A stretch of 64,000 bases of DNA. It comes from a virus. The notes under the pieces are model-generated. The model worked only from the letters and a program-made list of their open reading frames with translations, was not told the origin of the DNA and made no database searches. Both the position numbers and the translations under genes were made by a program. Each line of letters opens with the position of its first letter. Positions within the stretch are counted from its first letter, which is position 1. Location: IMG/VR virus record IMGVR_UViG_3300037560_000207, positions 96,001 through 160,000 of that record; one strand, written 5' to 3'. Positions 28,384 to 38,441 of this stretch are shown here, piece after piece.

Positions 28384-28689
28384 ATGCCCCATTATGATTA
28401 CCTGTGCAAAGCTTGTGGTTACGAATTCGAAGCATTCCATGCAATGTCAGCGGAATCATTTATAGATTGTCCAAAATGCCATGAACCAAAACTTATTAAG
28501 TTAATTGGCATGGGATTAACACCTATTATTCGTAATACCAAAACTCCGTGTCATGGGGGTAGACAACTTGGAGATCGGTTAGGTAGGGGTAAAAATAAAA
28601 GTGAAAAACCATTTTGGAGAAATGGTTTAATTGATAAAAAAATACTGAAAAATCCAGATAAATATATCAAAAAAGGAAGGGTAGATTGA
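28384..28689 (+). CDS. FmdB-family zinc-ribbon protein
   Basis: MP.YDY.C..CG.EFE....MS......CPKC; AAGGAG SD. Confidence 0.85.
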   Translation: MPHYDYLCKACGYEFEAFHAMSAESFIDCPKCHEPKLIKLIGMGLTPIIRNTKTPCHGGRQLGDRLGRGKNKSEKPFWRNGLIDKKILKNPDKYIKKGRVD

Positions 28690-29027
28690 TGGATAAAACA
28701 GAATTACGAGTGAATCGAATAGACAGCGATGACAAATCGCTCAAAGGTTTACAAAACAATGGTCTTGTGAATTTTGAGTGTGCTGATTGTGGTAAACTTT
28801 TATTAGTATTACAATTAGTAGCTACGGTCGTAAAAGAATTTAACAAATCTGAAGTTCTAACACGAGTAGCGGTCAAATGTGGTTTATGCGGGGGTCGCTC
28901 CTACGTACAACAAATCCCAGGACAATTTTTTCCAGGGGCACCTAATGATCAAATGGTATTTGATATTTCAGATGATGATATTAATACTCCAGAAGTCGAT
29001 GTTCTATTCAAGGCGTGGAGCAAATGA
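28686..29027 (+). CDS. hypothetical Zn-binding protein
   Basis: CADC and CGLC. Confidence 0.6.
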   Translation: MMDKTELRVNRIDSDDKSLKGLQNNGLVNFECADCGKLLLVLQLVATVVKEFNKSEVLTRVAVKCGLCGGRSYVQQIPGQFFPGAPNDQMVFDISDDDINTPEVDVLFKAWSK

Positions 29028-29335
29028 AAATAATTGTTGTTGATATAAATGGAACACCCCATGAAATATCCGAGGGAAAAAAATCGAGCTTTGATATTTT
29101 AGCAAAATGGTCTGGTAATAGATATCTTGTTCTTACCTCCAATGATGGTGATTTATTTAATCCTTTGGTCATGAATGGTGGTATACGTAAACGAGATAGG
29201 GAACGTGGTGGAATGTTTTGGAAATTAAGAACATGTAGTCAAGAGTGTTATCAACAATATACCATTTTTCTGCGAAGCAGACATCAAACACCATATCTCT
29301 TGGCGCAAAGGAGATTTCGAAATGACTTTCGATAA
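29015..29335 (+). CDS. hypothetical protein
   Basis: Coupled ORF. Confidence 0.6.
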   Translation: MEQMKIIVVDINGTPHEISEGKKSSFDILAKWSGNRYLVLTSNDGDLFNPLVMNGGIRKRDRERGGMFWKLRTCSQECYQQYTIFLRSRHQTPYLLAQRRFRNDFR

Positions 29336-29699
29336 ATTCAAAAAAGATTTTATTACTTTTTTAGAAAACTCAACCGTTAATTTGGGACGCAAGACAGCAA
29401 AAACACGGAATGAGTTTATTAAAACTGCAATAGCGAAGTTTGATGCTTTTGCATCTAGTCGTATTAAACCGAGAGAGGTTTTTGTGGTTGATGAAAAGAA
29501 AAAAGAAGAAAAGGTAAGTAACCCAATGGATGATCGTGTTGTTCGTATTAAACCGAAGGATCGTAATAAAGCATTGGATGTCGGCAAAGGTGTTCATGCT
29601 ATGAGTGGTAGCGAATCAATGCGAGCAGATGAACAATTAGATCGTAGTCCTTTTGGGGCTAAAACGGCAAAGAAAGTAGGGGAGCAAAAAGATGAGTGA
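29322..29699 (+). CDS. hypothetical protein
   Basis: AAGGAG SD. Confidence 0.6.
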   Translation: MTFDKFKKDFITFLENSTVNLGRKTAKTRNEFIKTAIAKFDAFASSRIKPREVFVVDEKKKEEKVSNPMDDRVVRIKPKDRNKALDVGKGVHAMSGSESMRADEQLDRSPFGAKTAKKVGEQKDE

Positions 29700-30117
29700 A
29701 ACTGTGAATGATTTAACTTTAGCATTTAATGTTACAGATAAGACACCACCAGTACGGTTTTTGGCAGCATTATCCGATGGTAGAACCGTTATTCACGATA
29801 TTCAATCTGGCAAAAGACATACTTGGGCTCGATTGGCCGAATGGTTAAAGAGTAATCCTGATGTTTCAATTACTGGTCTACGGCTTCAAGGACCAAAGGG
29901 CATTGATATTAAAACGCCTGCGAATCAAAAGGGGTATTTTTTCGGTCAAAAGCAACATGCCATTTGGGGTGGTCCACAACATAATTATATTGGAATCGGA
30001 TATTATGATGGACAAAAAATTAATGTGATTTGGCATAAGCAACCGCTATTTGATCATTCATTCACCGAAGAAAGAACAGTAGCGAACGCAGGTTTCTTTT
30101 TGATTCAAAATACTTAA
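29692..30117 (+). CDS. hypothetical protein
   Basis: GGGGAG SD. Confidence 0.65.
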   Translation: MSETVNDLTLAFNVTDKTPPVRFLAALSDGRTVIHDIQSGKRHTWARLAEWLKSNPDVSITGLRLQGPKGIDIKTPANQKGYFFGQKQHAIWGGPQHNYIGIGYYDGQKINVIWHKQPLFDHSFTEERTVANAGFFLIQNT

Positions 30118-30596
30118 TGGCAAAACATCAATTACAAAGTGAAACATATCCATATGCATCTCCAACTACTCCGGGGCTATATGTTACATTTCGTGCTTAT
30201 ATTATAGAACTCATTTGCTTGAATATAAACCCAAAGCTTGGTCCTCGTTTTTGGGCAGACCCGAAGAAATGGGGACCAAAATTTCGGCAAGAAGTGAAAG
30301 GTGTATATAACGTAGCACAACAACTGGACATAACCGATACTTTAATACAAACAGCTTTAGTCCAAATTATTAAAAATCATAATATCAAATCACTAACCTA
30401 TAAAACTGTTGCACAAAGAGTAGTTAGAAGTGTTAAAAAAAGAAAAGCTGATTTAGAAGAACAGCGAATTAGATTCGGTAGAAAACAACTTCCACAAGCA
30501 ATCGATGTGAAGAAAAATTCCACTTTTGTTGATGCAGAAGAGAAAAGCGCATTGGGAAAAATAAGGGAAGTAGAAAATGGCCAAAAGAAAGTCTAA
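30117..30596 (+). CDS. hypothetical protein
   Basis: TAATG coupling. Confidence 0.65.
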   Translation: MAKHQLQSETYPYASPTTPGLYVTFRAYIIELICLNINPKLGPRFWADPKKWGPKFRQEVKGVYNVAQQLDITDTLIQTALVQIIKNHNIKSLTYKTVAQRVVRSVKKRKADLEEQRIRFGRKQLPQAIDVKKNSTFVDAEEKSALGKIREVENGQKKV

Positions 30597-31632
30597 AATA
30601 GAAAATGAATCCTTTGAAAAATTCCTTGTTCGAATATATGGTGAAGGAATTATTGCTACCGCCGACAAAGCTCTTGCTCCACGAGAGAGAAACATTCTAA
30701 ACACACCATTATCTTTAGATATTGCATTGGGGGGAGGAATTCCTTTTGGCACAATATGCCTTATTACAGGCAAAGCCAAGACTGGGAAGACGACCGTTTG
30801 TCTTGAATTACTCAAAAATGCCCAACTATTAGATTGTCCAACCTTTTACATTAACATTGAGAAAAGATGTACTCATGCTTTATTGACTACTATTCAGGGA
30901 TTAGATTGCACTAAGCTTCAAGTCATTCCTAATCAAATTGATAAGCCACTTACAGCAGAAGATTATCTTAATATCATAGAACGTATTGCTAAAACTCAAA
31001 AGAGGGCTGTTGTTGTAATAGATAGCATAGCTGCATTATCTACTATAACAGAGCAAGAAAATCAGATTGGATCAAATAAGGATATGGCTGGTCCAGCCAA
31101 ACTTCTAGCAGCATTTTTCCGACGTGCGCAACAGATTGTAGATTCTCAAGATGTAATCTTAATCTTCATTTCGCAGATGATGACTAGCCGGGAACCGCGT
31201 GGACCAAAATATATCGAAAAGGGTGGAGTAGCGATACAATATGCTTGTTCAGTCTGGCTGAAATGCACTTGGATTCAACAGTGGGACCGAAATCCTGAAA
31301 CGAATGCACCAGATGGTCACGACATGCACATAACTATCCAATCCTCTGCACTAGGAAGGCCATTCCTTCCCTGTGTTTTACCTCTTCGATATGGTATCGG
31401 AATTGATACAGTAAGAGATGTTGTAACTATAGCAGAAAATTTAGGACTAATTGAAAAAGCTGGCGCATGGTATAGTATCCCGATGTTTACCAATGAAAAT
31501 AATCCACCAAAATTTCAAGGGCTTACTAGATTATCTAATTTTCTCAGAGAAAATCCTGATAAACTAAAACAATTAGAAGTTGAAATAAGGAACATTGTGT
31601 TACCCCAGGAGACAAAAAATGTTGAGAACTAG
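30577..31632 (+). CDS. recA: RecA/UvsX-like recombinase
   Basis: LDIALGGGIP.G, G...TGKTT, VVIDSIAAL, FISQM, GG.A..Y, G.I.K.GAWY. Confidence 0.9.
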   Translation: MAKRKSKIENESFEKFLVRIYGEGIIATADKALAPRERNILNTPLSLDIALGGGIPFGTICLITGKAKTGKTTVCLELLKNAQLLDCPTFYINIEKRCTHALLTTIQGLDCTKLQVIPNQIDKPLTAEDYLNIIERIAKTQKRAVVVIDSIAALSTITEQENQIGSNKDMAGPAKLLAAFFRRAQQIVDSQDVILIFISQMMTSREPRGPKYIEKGGVAIQYACSVWLKCTWIQQWDRNPETNAPDGHDMHITIQSSALGRPFLPCVLPLRYGIGIDTVRDVVTIAENLGLIEKAGAWYSIPMFTNENNPPKFQGLTRLSNFLRENPDKLKQLEVEIRNIVLPQETKNVEN

Positions 31633-32140
31633 AATATGTTGGGATGACTATTTTATGATACAAGCTCTTTGGGTTAAAGTACGCAGCCCGGATGGTAGTA
31701 CACAATGTGGTTGTGTCATAGTAGATAAACGCGGTCGTTTAATTGGTCAAGGATATAATGGATATCCAAGAAACATAGATGATAATAAAATGCCTCAAAC
31801 ACGACCGGAAAAATATCCACCCATATTACATTCTGAGGAAAATGCAATATTGAATTCTACTGGAGATTTAGAAGGTGCTACTATATATGTTACAGGACCA
31901 CCATGTATTCATTGTTGGGCTCATATTATTCAAAAGGGAATAAAACGAGTTGTATACGGACCAGTTACGACATCACCAAGCGGATTATATGCAAATGCAC
32001 AATTGGATAGTCAAAATCGAGTTGTTAAAGATATGTTGGAAAATCAAGATATAGAAGTTGTTAAATGGACACCTAATAATTATGGATTAATACAAGAAGA
32101 ACTTCAAGAAATACAAGACTGGGTTATAAAAGCAACATAA
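31619..32140 (+). CDS. dCMP deaminase
   Basis: WDDYFM..A, RS.D..TQ.GCVIV, GYNG.P, HSEENAI, PC..C. Confidence 0.9.
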   Translation: MLRTRICWDDYFMIQALWVKVRSPDGSTQCGCVIVDKRGRLIGQGYNGYPRNIDDNKMPQTRPEKYPPILHSEENAILNSTGDLEGATIYVTGPPCIHCWAHIIQKGIKRVVYGPVTTSPSGLYANAQLDSQNRVVKDMLENQDIEVVKWTPNNYGLIQEELQEIQDWVIKAT

Positions 32141-32141
32141 T

Positions 32142-32501
32142 ATGGAAGTAAAATTACTCAAAGGTGGGACAGCAAAATTGCGTCTTAATAATAAACGGCT
32201 TCGAACGAAAGGGGGATCGAAGTCTCAATTTCAATATGAAATAGGACAACAATTAACTGAAAAGTATCCCCATGATGTAATTTTTGAAGAAGTGATAATA
32301 CCAGGTGATAATTTTATTCTTGACTTTTTTATTCCATCGCTCGATCTTGTGATTGAAGTCCATGGTAAACAACATATTGAACATATAAAACATTTCCATA
32401 AGACTATAAAAGAATTTCATAAACAACAGGATACTGATCAAAGAAAACGGGATTGGTGCGAGTTAAATGGGTTTCGTTTGGTAGAGCTTTATGATGAGTG
32501 A
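32142..32501 (+). CDS. Vsr/DUF559-like endonuclease
   Basis: LDFFIP.L.L.IEVHG.QH...D..K..WC..NG..L. Confidence 0.7.
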   Translation: MEVKLLKGGTAKLRLNNKRLRTKGGSKSQFQYEIGQQLTEKYPHDVIFEEVIIPGDNFILDFFIPSLDLVIEVHGKQHIEHIKHFHKTIKEFHKQQDTDQRKRDWCELNGFRLVELYDE

Positions 32502-32910
32502 TTTAACCAATGAAACAATAATATATAAGGATCAACTTGATCAATGGGTTAAGTCTCTTGGATTGCCACAATTTCAACCATCTAATACCGAGCTTGAAAC
32601 AATACTTGAATATACACGAGAATCGCTTAGAGAAAAATCATCAGTAGATTTGTCAGAAAGTGCTATCATATTAGCGCAATATGGATTGTTTTTACAACAA
32701 AAAAGCAATGAATGCTGCACCTTCCTGAAATGGTCGGATCAAGTTATTAATCGCCTATTGGGTGATGACCGCCATAAATTAACTCAGTGGGTAAGACAGG
32801 CAGAATTGAGAAAAGAACGCATATCATATCTTGCCCGCAGAATCGAATTAATTGGACAAAGTATCAGTGGCTTGGTAAGAGCACGATATAATGAAGGGAA
32901 TAATCGATGA
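32491..32910 (+). CDS. alpha-helical hypothetical protein (possibly UvsY-like)
   Basis: 139-aa helical protein near recA; the function is a guess. Confidence 0.55.
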   Translation: MMSDLTNETIIYKDQLDQWVKSLGLPQFQPSNTELETILEYTRESLREKSSVDLSESAIILAQYGLFLQQKSNECCTFLKWSDQVINRLLGDDRHKLTQWVRQAELRKERISYLARRIELIGQSISGLVRARYNEGNNR

Positions 32911-33503
32911 GCCCGTTAGAATTTATCGAAAAGGGTATTCGTGAAGGTAACTGGAAAACAGTTTGTGAAGGATATAAACGCCTTACTGGGAAAGCTTTAT
33001 CTATTCCTATGTTATCAGTAAATGATAGTGTTAAAAATGCACTGCGCAAAATCTCAGAAATAGCATCCGTTGCCACAGATCAATTAACTGGCACTGTTCA
33101 ATCTATACCCATTAAGACAAGTCAGTATGAAACTGAAACTAAAACAATATCAAAGAAAAAAAGTGGCCGACCAAAAGGAAAAGGGAAAAAAACAACAAAG
33201 AAGAAATCAACCGAAGAAGATTCTTCTCTTGTCTTAGATGAGAAGAAAAAGACAATTGTTCAAAGGGAAATTGGAGGAACACAATTAATTACTAATGAAC
33301 CTGATCCAAAAGAAGTTGAACAGAATATAGTTAAGGCGAAGAAAGCCAATCAAAATAAAATTAAACTCGATCGAAAAACTACTACAACCCATGATGTGAA
33401 ATGCAATGAATGTGAAAATACATTTAAATCAGATCGGCCAAAAGGTGAAATAGGACAAAAATGTAATAAATGTTTAATAGAAAAGAAAAGTAGATTTGTT
33501 TAA
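32907..33503 (+). CDS. hypothetical protein with C-terminal Zn ribbon
   Basis: K-rich linker with GRPKG; CNEC..CNKC. Confidence 0.65.
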   Translation: MSPLEFIEKGIREGNWKTVCEGYKRLTGKALSIPMLSVNDSVKNALRKISEIASVATDQLTGTVQSIPIKTSQYETETKTISKKKSGRPKGKGKKTTKKKSTEEDSSLVLDEKKKTIVQREIGGTQLITNEPDPKEVEQNIVKAKKANQNKIKLDRKTTTTHDVKCNECENTFKSDRPKGEIGQKCNKCLIEKKSRFV

Positions 33504-34945
33504 TGAGTAATAAGTCAAACGCAATACTTCAAGATTCAGGCATGGAACGAGCAGTTCTAGCAGGAATTACTACACATGGTGCCAATTGCTTTTTCGAAGT
33601 AGAAGATATTATTGGTATCCAAGATTTCTATTGGATGTACAATCAAGAACTCTTCAAAATTCTTGCTTATCTAGTTCATCAAAAAGATACCAAAACCTTT
33701 GATATTCCAAGCATTCAGGCAGTAGCCAAAATTCTAGGATACGGTGATTTTGCAAATGGTGGTAAACATTTAGAATATCTCGAAGCCATTATCGATGAAG
33801 TGGGTTTATCTAGAGAAAATATTAAAACATTGGTTGTAACAATATATAAACTTTCACTAGCACGACGTGGATATTTAGTAGCAGCCACGATTCAAAAGAG
33901 TCTCAAAAAAATCACAGGTGCAGAAGATGTAGATAATATCATCGGTCAAATCGAAGAACCCGTATTCGAATTTACTGGCCAAATTATGACCCAAGGCGCT
34001 GGTGTAGTATCTCTTGGAAAGAAATTCAAGAGTACAATGAAAGTTTTATCAGAAACGCCGCAAGATATAGTTGGATTACCCACAGGTTTCCCCGCTTGGG
34101 ATAATGCGATAGGCGGTGGATTCAGACCCGCAACGGTTAATGTTATTGGTGCTAGAGCAAAACAAGCGAAGAGCTTTTTCTGTATAAATGTAGCTCGTAA
34201 TATGGCTGAAAATGGAATTCCTGTTTTATATCTTGATACTGAACTTACAAGTGAAACACAATTACATCGTCTTGCTTCTCTTATCTCTGGTGTTGAATTA
34301 AATCATGTTGAAACTGGTCAATTTATAAATAATCCACATGAATCAGAGGCAATTTGGGATTGTCAAGAACATATGGAAAATCTATCTATCGATCATTTTT
34401 CTGTTGCTGGTCTTTCACCACAGGCTATTATGTCAATTTGTCGTAGATGGTTATCTAAAACGGTTGGATTCACTGATAGTGGTACAGCGAAACCTTGTTT
34501 GATTATTTATGATTACATCAAATTAATGAATGATACTGCTTTTAAGCATAGTTTACAAGAATATCAATTACTTGGTTTTCTAATTACTGCTTTGCACAAT
34601 TTTGCTGTTAAATTTAAATTATCCATCTTGGCGACAGTTCAACTTAATAGGGACGGCGTTGAAAAAGAAGGAGCAGAAGTTATTTCTGGCTCTGATAGGA
34701 TTGTATGGTTGTGTAGTAATTTTACAATTCTAAAACAGAAGATTCAAACTGAATTGAATGAAGATTGTCCCACAAATGGTACAAAGAAATTAGTAGTAAC
34801 CGATACTAGATATGGTCCAGGTATGGAAAGTGGTGAATATATTAATGTGATTGATCATTTGGAAGTTGGCAAGTTATCAGAAGGGAAACCCTTCTCAATG
34901 GTGGCACAATCTATTTTGAAAAATCAGACTAATGCAGTGGTTTAA
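33503..34945 (+). CDS. dnaB: DnaB-like replicative helicase
   Basis: ERAVL, GLPTGF..WD..IGG.FR, Walker A GARAKQAKS, YLDTE, IIYDYIKL, VQLNR, GSDRI. Confidence 0.9.
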   Translation: MSNKSNAILQDSGMERAVLAGITTHGANCFFEVEDIIGIQDFYWMYNQELFKILAYLVHQKDTKTFDIPSIQAVAKILGYGDFANGGKHLEYLEAIIDEVGLSRENIKTLVVTIYKLSLARRGYLVAATIQKSLKKITGAEDVDNIIGQIEEPVFEFTGQIMTQGAGVVSLGKKFKSTMKVLSETPQDIVGLPTGFPAWDNAIGGGFRPATVNVIGARAKQAKSFFCINVARNMAENGIPVLYLDTELTSETQLHRLASLISGVELNHVETGQFINNPHESEAIWDCQEHMENLSIDHFSVAGLSPQAIMSICRRWLSKTVGFTDSGTAKPCLIIYDYIKLMNDTAFKHSLQEYQLLGFLITALHNFAVKFKLSILATVQLNRDGVEKEGAEVISGSDRIVWLCSNFTILKQKIQTELNEDCPTNGTKKLVVTDTRYGPGMESGEYINVIDHLEVGKLSEGKPFSMVAQSILKNQTNAVV

Positions 34946-34948
34946 ATA

Positions 34949-35590
34949 ATGCTTAATTTAATTGGACAAAAATTTGGAAGATTAATTGTTATTCAAAGAA
35001 TGAATAATGATAAACATAAAAAGACACAGTGGTTATGTAAATGTAATTGTGGCAAAGAAACAATAATAATTGGTTCCCATTTAAAAAGTGAAAATACTAG
35101 AGGTTGTGGGTGTCTTAAAAAAGAAATGATAACACAACGTTCAACAATACATGGTCATGCAAAAAGCAATAAAAAATCGTATATTTATAAAACATGGATT
35201 CATATGATTCAACGATGTACTAATCCTAACGATAAGAAATATCCAATATATGGAAATCGAGGAATTACTATTTGTAAACGATGGATGAAATTCTTAAATT
35301 TTCTTAAAGATATGAGTGAACCCCCAACAAATAAACACTCGATTGATAGGATTAATAATAATGGTAATTATTGCAAATCTAATTGTAGATGGGCAACAAG
35401 AAAAGAACAAGCTAGAAATACAAGGAAAAATCGTTTAATTTCATTTAATGGTAAAATTCAATGTATGTCTGCTTGGGCAGAAGAACTATATATAGATAAA
35501 AGTACCCTTTGGTCACGACTCAATAGTGGTTGGTCAATAGAAAAAGCATTAACAACACCAATAAAAAAATGCAAAAAGGAATTATTATGA
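34949..35590 (+). CDS. free-standing HNH-like homing endonuclease, family A copy 6
   Basis: Family motifs (SIDRINNNGNY..NCRWAT); lies between dnaB and dnaG, stop overlaps the dnaG ATG. Confidence 0.8.
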   Translation: MLNLIGQKFGRLIVIQRMNNDKHKKTQWLCKCNCGKETIIIGSHLKSENTRGCGCLKKEMITQRSTIHGHAKSNKKSYIYKTWIHMIQRCTNPNDKKYPIYGNRGITICKRWMKFLNFLKDMSEPPTNKHSIDRINNNGNYCKSNCRWATRKEQARNTRKNRLISFNGKIQCMSAWAEELYIDKSTLWSRLNSGWSIEKALTTPIKKCKKELL

Positions 35591-36747
35591 GGCAATTTGG
35601 AACCAATGAAATCTCTTTTATTCAAGCTCGTGCTTGTGAACGTATTACAGAAATACTTGATGCGATAGGATGTGATTATATAGAACGCCATGATTATCTT
35701 CAAAGTGCCTGTCCAGTCCATGAAGGGGATAATCAAAGAGCGATGTTTTGGGCTATTAGGTCTAACCATTGGCAATGCAAAACAAGAGGATGCCATTGTG
35801 ATGTTATTAGCGGACCATCATCTAGTGTTTTTGGTCTTGTACGTGGAACCATGACTCATAAGACAGGTAAAAAATGGAGTTTTCCGCAAACTGTTAATTT
35901 TGTAGCTCAAATATTGGGATTAGAGAAGTGCCATATGGATGGAACTACTGTTCAAGATATGGAAATAGCTAAAATCATCAGACAACACAAGAAAAAACAA
36001 TCTGTTACTCAAGGGCGAGGCACATTATTAGCAACAATGATTCCACACTTAAAATCAGATCAGGTTTATTACCCAAATCGAGGTATTTCACCTGAGATTA
36101 TTGCCAGATATCACATATCATTTTGTAATATCAAAGGTAAACCAATGTATAAACGAGCATTCTTTCCGGTTCTTGATGTAACTGGACGATATATAGTGGG
36201 ATGGTCTGGAAGAAGTATTTACGATAAATGTCCCAAATGCAAAATGCATCACCATCCAAAACGATTGTCATGTCCTGATCCTGAATATCGTGGTATATAT
36301 AGTAAATGGAAACATTCTGAAAATTTTCATGTGGAATTGTGTCTTTATAATCTTTGGTATGCTAAGCCCTTTATCAATAGAACTGGCACAGCAATTTTGT
36401 GTGAAGGGCCTGGAGATATATGGAATTTAGAAACAGCGGGTATTCGAAATAGCGTAGCCGTATTGGGTTCAAGTATATCTCGTCAACAACGATTAATGTT
36501 ACAAAATGCCGGGGCCTTGACAGTTGTACTTATCTTTGATAACGACGAAGCAGGGAGGAAAATAACCGAAAGACTAGAAAAGGATTTGATACATTATTTC
36601 AGAATATTCTGTATTACGCCCGATACCGCAAAAGATGTTGGTGATATGCTTACTAATGATATTGTTACAAAAATTGGTCCCATCTTACAACAAGCATCTA
36701 GAGCAGAAATGCTTTCAGATGATTATGGAACAAAAAAGGAAACCTAA
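35587..36747 (+). CDS. dnaG: DnaG-type DNA primase
   Basis: CPVH.GDN..C..C Zn finger, FP.....G..VG..GR, CEGPGD, FDNDEAG, KD.GD (TOPRIM). Confidence 0.88.
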   Translation: MRQFGTNEISFIQARACERITEILDAIGCDYIERHDYLQSACPVHEGDNQRAMFWAIRSNHWQCKTRGCHCDVISGPSSSVFGLVRGTMTHKTGKKWSFPQTVNFVAQILGLEKCHMDGTTVQDMEIAKIIRQHKKKQSVTQGRGTLLATMIPHLKSDQVYYPNRGISPEIIARYHISFCNIKGKPMYKRAFFPVLDVTGRYIVGWSGRSIYDKCPKCKMHHHPKRLSCPDPEYRGIYSKWKHSENFHVELCLYNLWYAKPFINRTGTAILCEGPGDIWNLETAGIRNSVAVLGSSISRQQRLMLQNAGALTVVLIFDNDEAGRKITERLEKDLIHYFRIFCITPDTAKDVGDMLTNDIVTKIGPILQQASRAEMLSDDYGTKKET

Positions 36748-37181
36748 TGGATAAAAAAGATACAAATCCTAAAGATAGAATAGCGACTACTAGATTGGAT
36801 TTAAGTTTGTTTCCAGCAACAGCCAAAGCATATGGTGCTTTAGCAATGACTGAAGGTGATTTGAAATACGGTGGTTATAATTATAGAACTATTGGAGTTA
36901 AAGCTTCGATTTACTATGCAGCAGCAAATCGTCATTTAGATAAATGGTTTAATGGTGAATGGACTGATCAAAAAACTGGAGTTCCTCATTTAGCAAATGC
37001 TTTAGCATGTATTGGTGTACTTATTGATGCAATAGAGTGTGGAAAACTAAATGATGATCGTCCACCAAAATGTAATGTGGCTGTTTTGTTAGATAATATG
37101 GAACATAAAGTAGCTCATCTTCAGAAATTATTTACTGACGGACCAAATCGTCATACAGAAATAATTAAGGCACAGAAATAA
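36747..37181 (+). CDS. dATP/dGTP diphosphohydrolase-domain protein (DUF5664-like)
   Basis: A..EG..KYG.YN.R..GV..S.YY.A..RHL..W..GE..D..TG.PHLA.A.AC...L.D. Confidence 0.75.
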   Translation: MDKKDTNPKDRIATTRLDLSLFPATAKAYGALAMTEGDLKYGGYNYRTIGVKASIYYAAANRHLDKWFNGEWTDQKTGVPHLANALACIGVLIDAIECGKLNDDRPPKCNVAVLLDNMEHKVAHLQKLFTDGPNRHTEIIKAQK

Positions 37182-37197
37182 TTAGGAAATAAAGGTT

Positions 37198-38136
37198 ATG
37201 CGAATAGTTAAATCTAGTGCAAGCTCAATTAATCTGTATCGCCATTGTCCTTTCAGTTATTATTTACAATATATTTTAGGTATGGAATCGAAAGCTGGCA
37301 AAGCTGCACTTCAGGGAAATATTGTTCACAAAGTTTTACAATTTATGGCCAGACGAAAGAAAAGAGGAAAAAGGGATATTGACCCGATGCAGCTTTTGGA
37401 TTGGGCTTGGGATAAACTTACTATAAAATCTCCAGAAATAGAAATCCGTAAAGTAACGACCAGGATAGATAAAGAAACTGATGACTTCAAAGAAGCTGCT
37501 GATTTTAAGAAATGTCGTGTTGCACTTGAAACTGTATTAGCTGATGTTTTTTATAACCCATACAATCTCAAAGTACTAGATACAGAAGAATGGTTTGCCT
37601 TGGAAATGCCAGGAAATGAATGGAAAAGTTTAAATCAAGATGGAAAAATGCATCAATTCGCTATACGCGGTTATATTGATCTTGTACATGAAATTGATGA
37701 AGAAACTATAGAAATTGTTGATTGGAAAACTGGGAAAAGAACGAGCTTTTATACACAAAAACCAATCGATGAAGAAGTATTGATGAGAGAAATCCAACCA
37801 CGACTTTATCATTTAGCAGCATATTTTCTATATCCAAAATATAAGAATATCTTGATTACTTTCTACTATACGAATGATTCTGGCCCAATCACCATAGCCC
37901 TATCTCAAGATGACTTGATAATAACTATTACAGCTCTCCATCGTTTTTTTACCACAGTTAAGAAAGATACATTGATACGCAGAAATAGAAGTTGGCAATG
38001 TAAAATGTGCTCATTTGAACGTAGCGGTATGTGTCATCGAGTTTGGTCTGATCTTTGTACGATGGGAAGTGAATATATTGAAAATCGTTATGCCCAGCTT
38101 GATTATAAAGATCAATTGGCGATAGGGAAACCATGA
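37198..38136 (+). CDS. PD-(D/E)XK nuclease, RecB/Cas4-like
   Basis: S.S.I..Y..CP..Y, GNIVH, GYIDL, IVDWKTG, Q..LY, C..C.F....C. Confidence 0.82.
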   Translation: MRIVKSSASSINLYRHCPFSYYLQYILGMESKAGKAALQGNIVHKVLQFMARRKKRGKRDIDPMQLLDWAWDKLTIKSPEIEIRKVTTRIDKETDDFKEAADFKKCRVALETVLADVFYNPYNLKVLDTEEWFALEMPGNEWKSLNQDGKMHQFAIRGYIDLVHEIDEETIEIVDWKTGKRTSFYTQKPIDEEVLMREIQPRLYHLAAYFLYPKYKNILITFYYTNDSGPITIALSQDDLIITITALHRFFTTVKKDTLIRRNRSWQCKMCSFERSGMCHRVWSDLCTMGSEYIENRYAQLDYKDQLAIGKP

Positions 38137-38441
38137 AATTAACCTATGGACAACGAAAAGCTCTGAAATTTCTTCGAGATGATGAAGAATATGGAGATAT
38201 GGTCCATGAACCGGGAAGTGGTTGGTGGTTAGGAACTCATAAAATAAATGGTAAATTAGCATTAAGTTTAATACGATTATGTCTAGTAACCAGAGAACAA
38301 TGGAGTAATTCCAGTAAATATGAACGATGGGGAATCAACGGAACTGGTCTTAGAGCTTTGGATGGTAAACCTCCTTACACCAAGGCAGATGGTACATATG
38401 TGGACAATTTACACGAAGTTGGAGACATATATAATGAGTAA
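38133..38441 (+). CDS. hypothetical protein
   Basis: ATGA coupling. Confidence 0.5.
   Translation: MKLTYGQRKALKFLRDDEEYGDMVHEPGSGWWLGTHKINGKLALSLIRLCLVTREQWSNSSKYERWGINGTGLRALDGKPPYTKADGTYVDNLHEVGDIYNE

Noticed and set aside
26392-38136. Cas4 as part of a CRISPR-Cas locus
   Set aside because: No cas1/cas2, effector genes or array in the window
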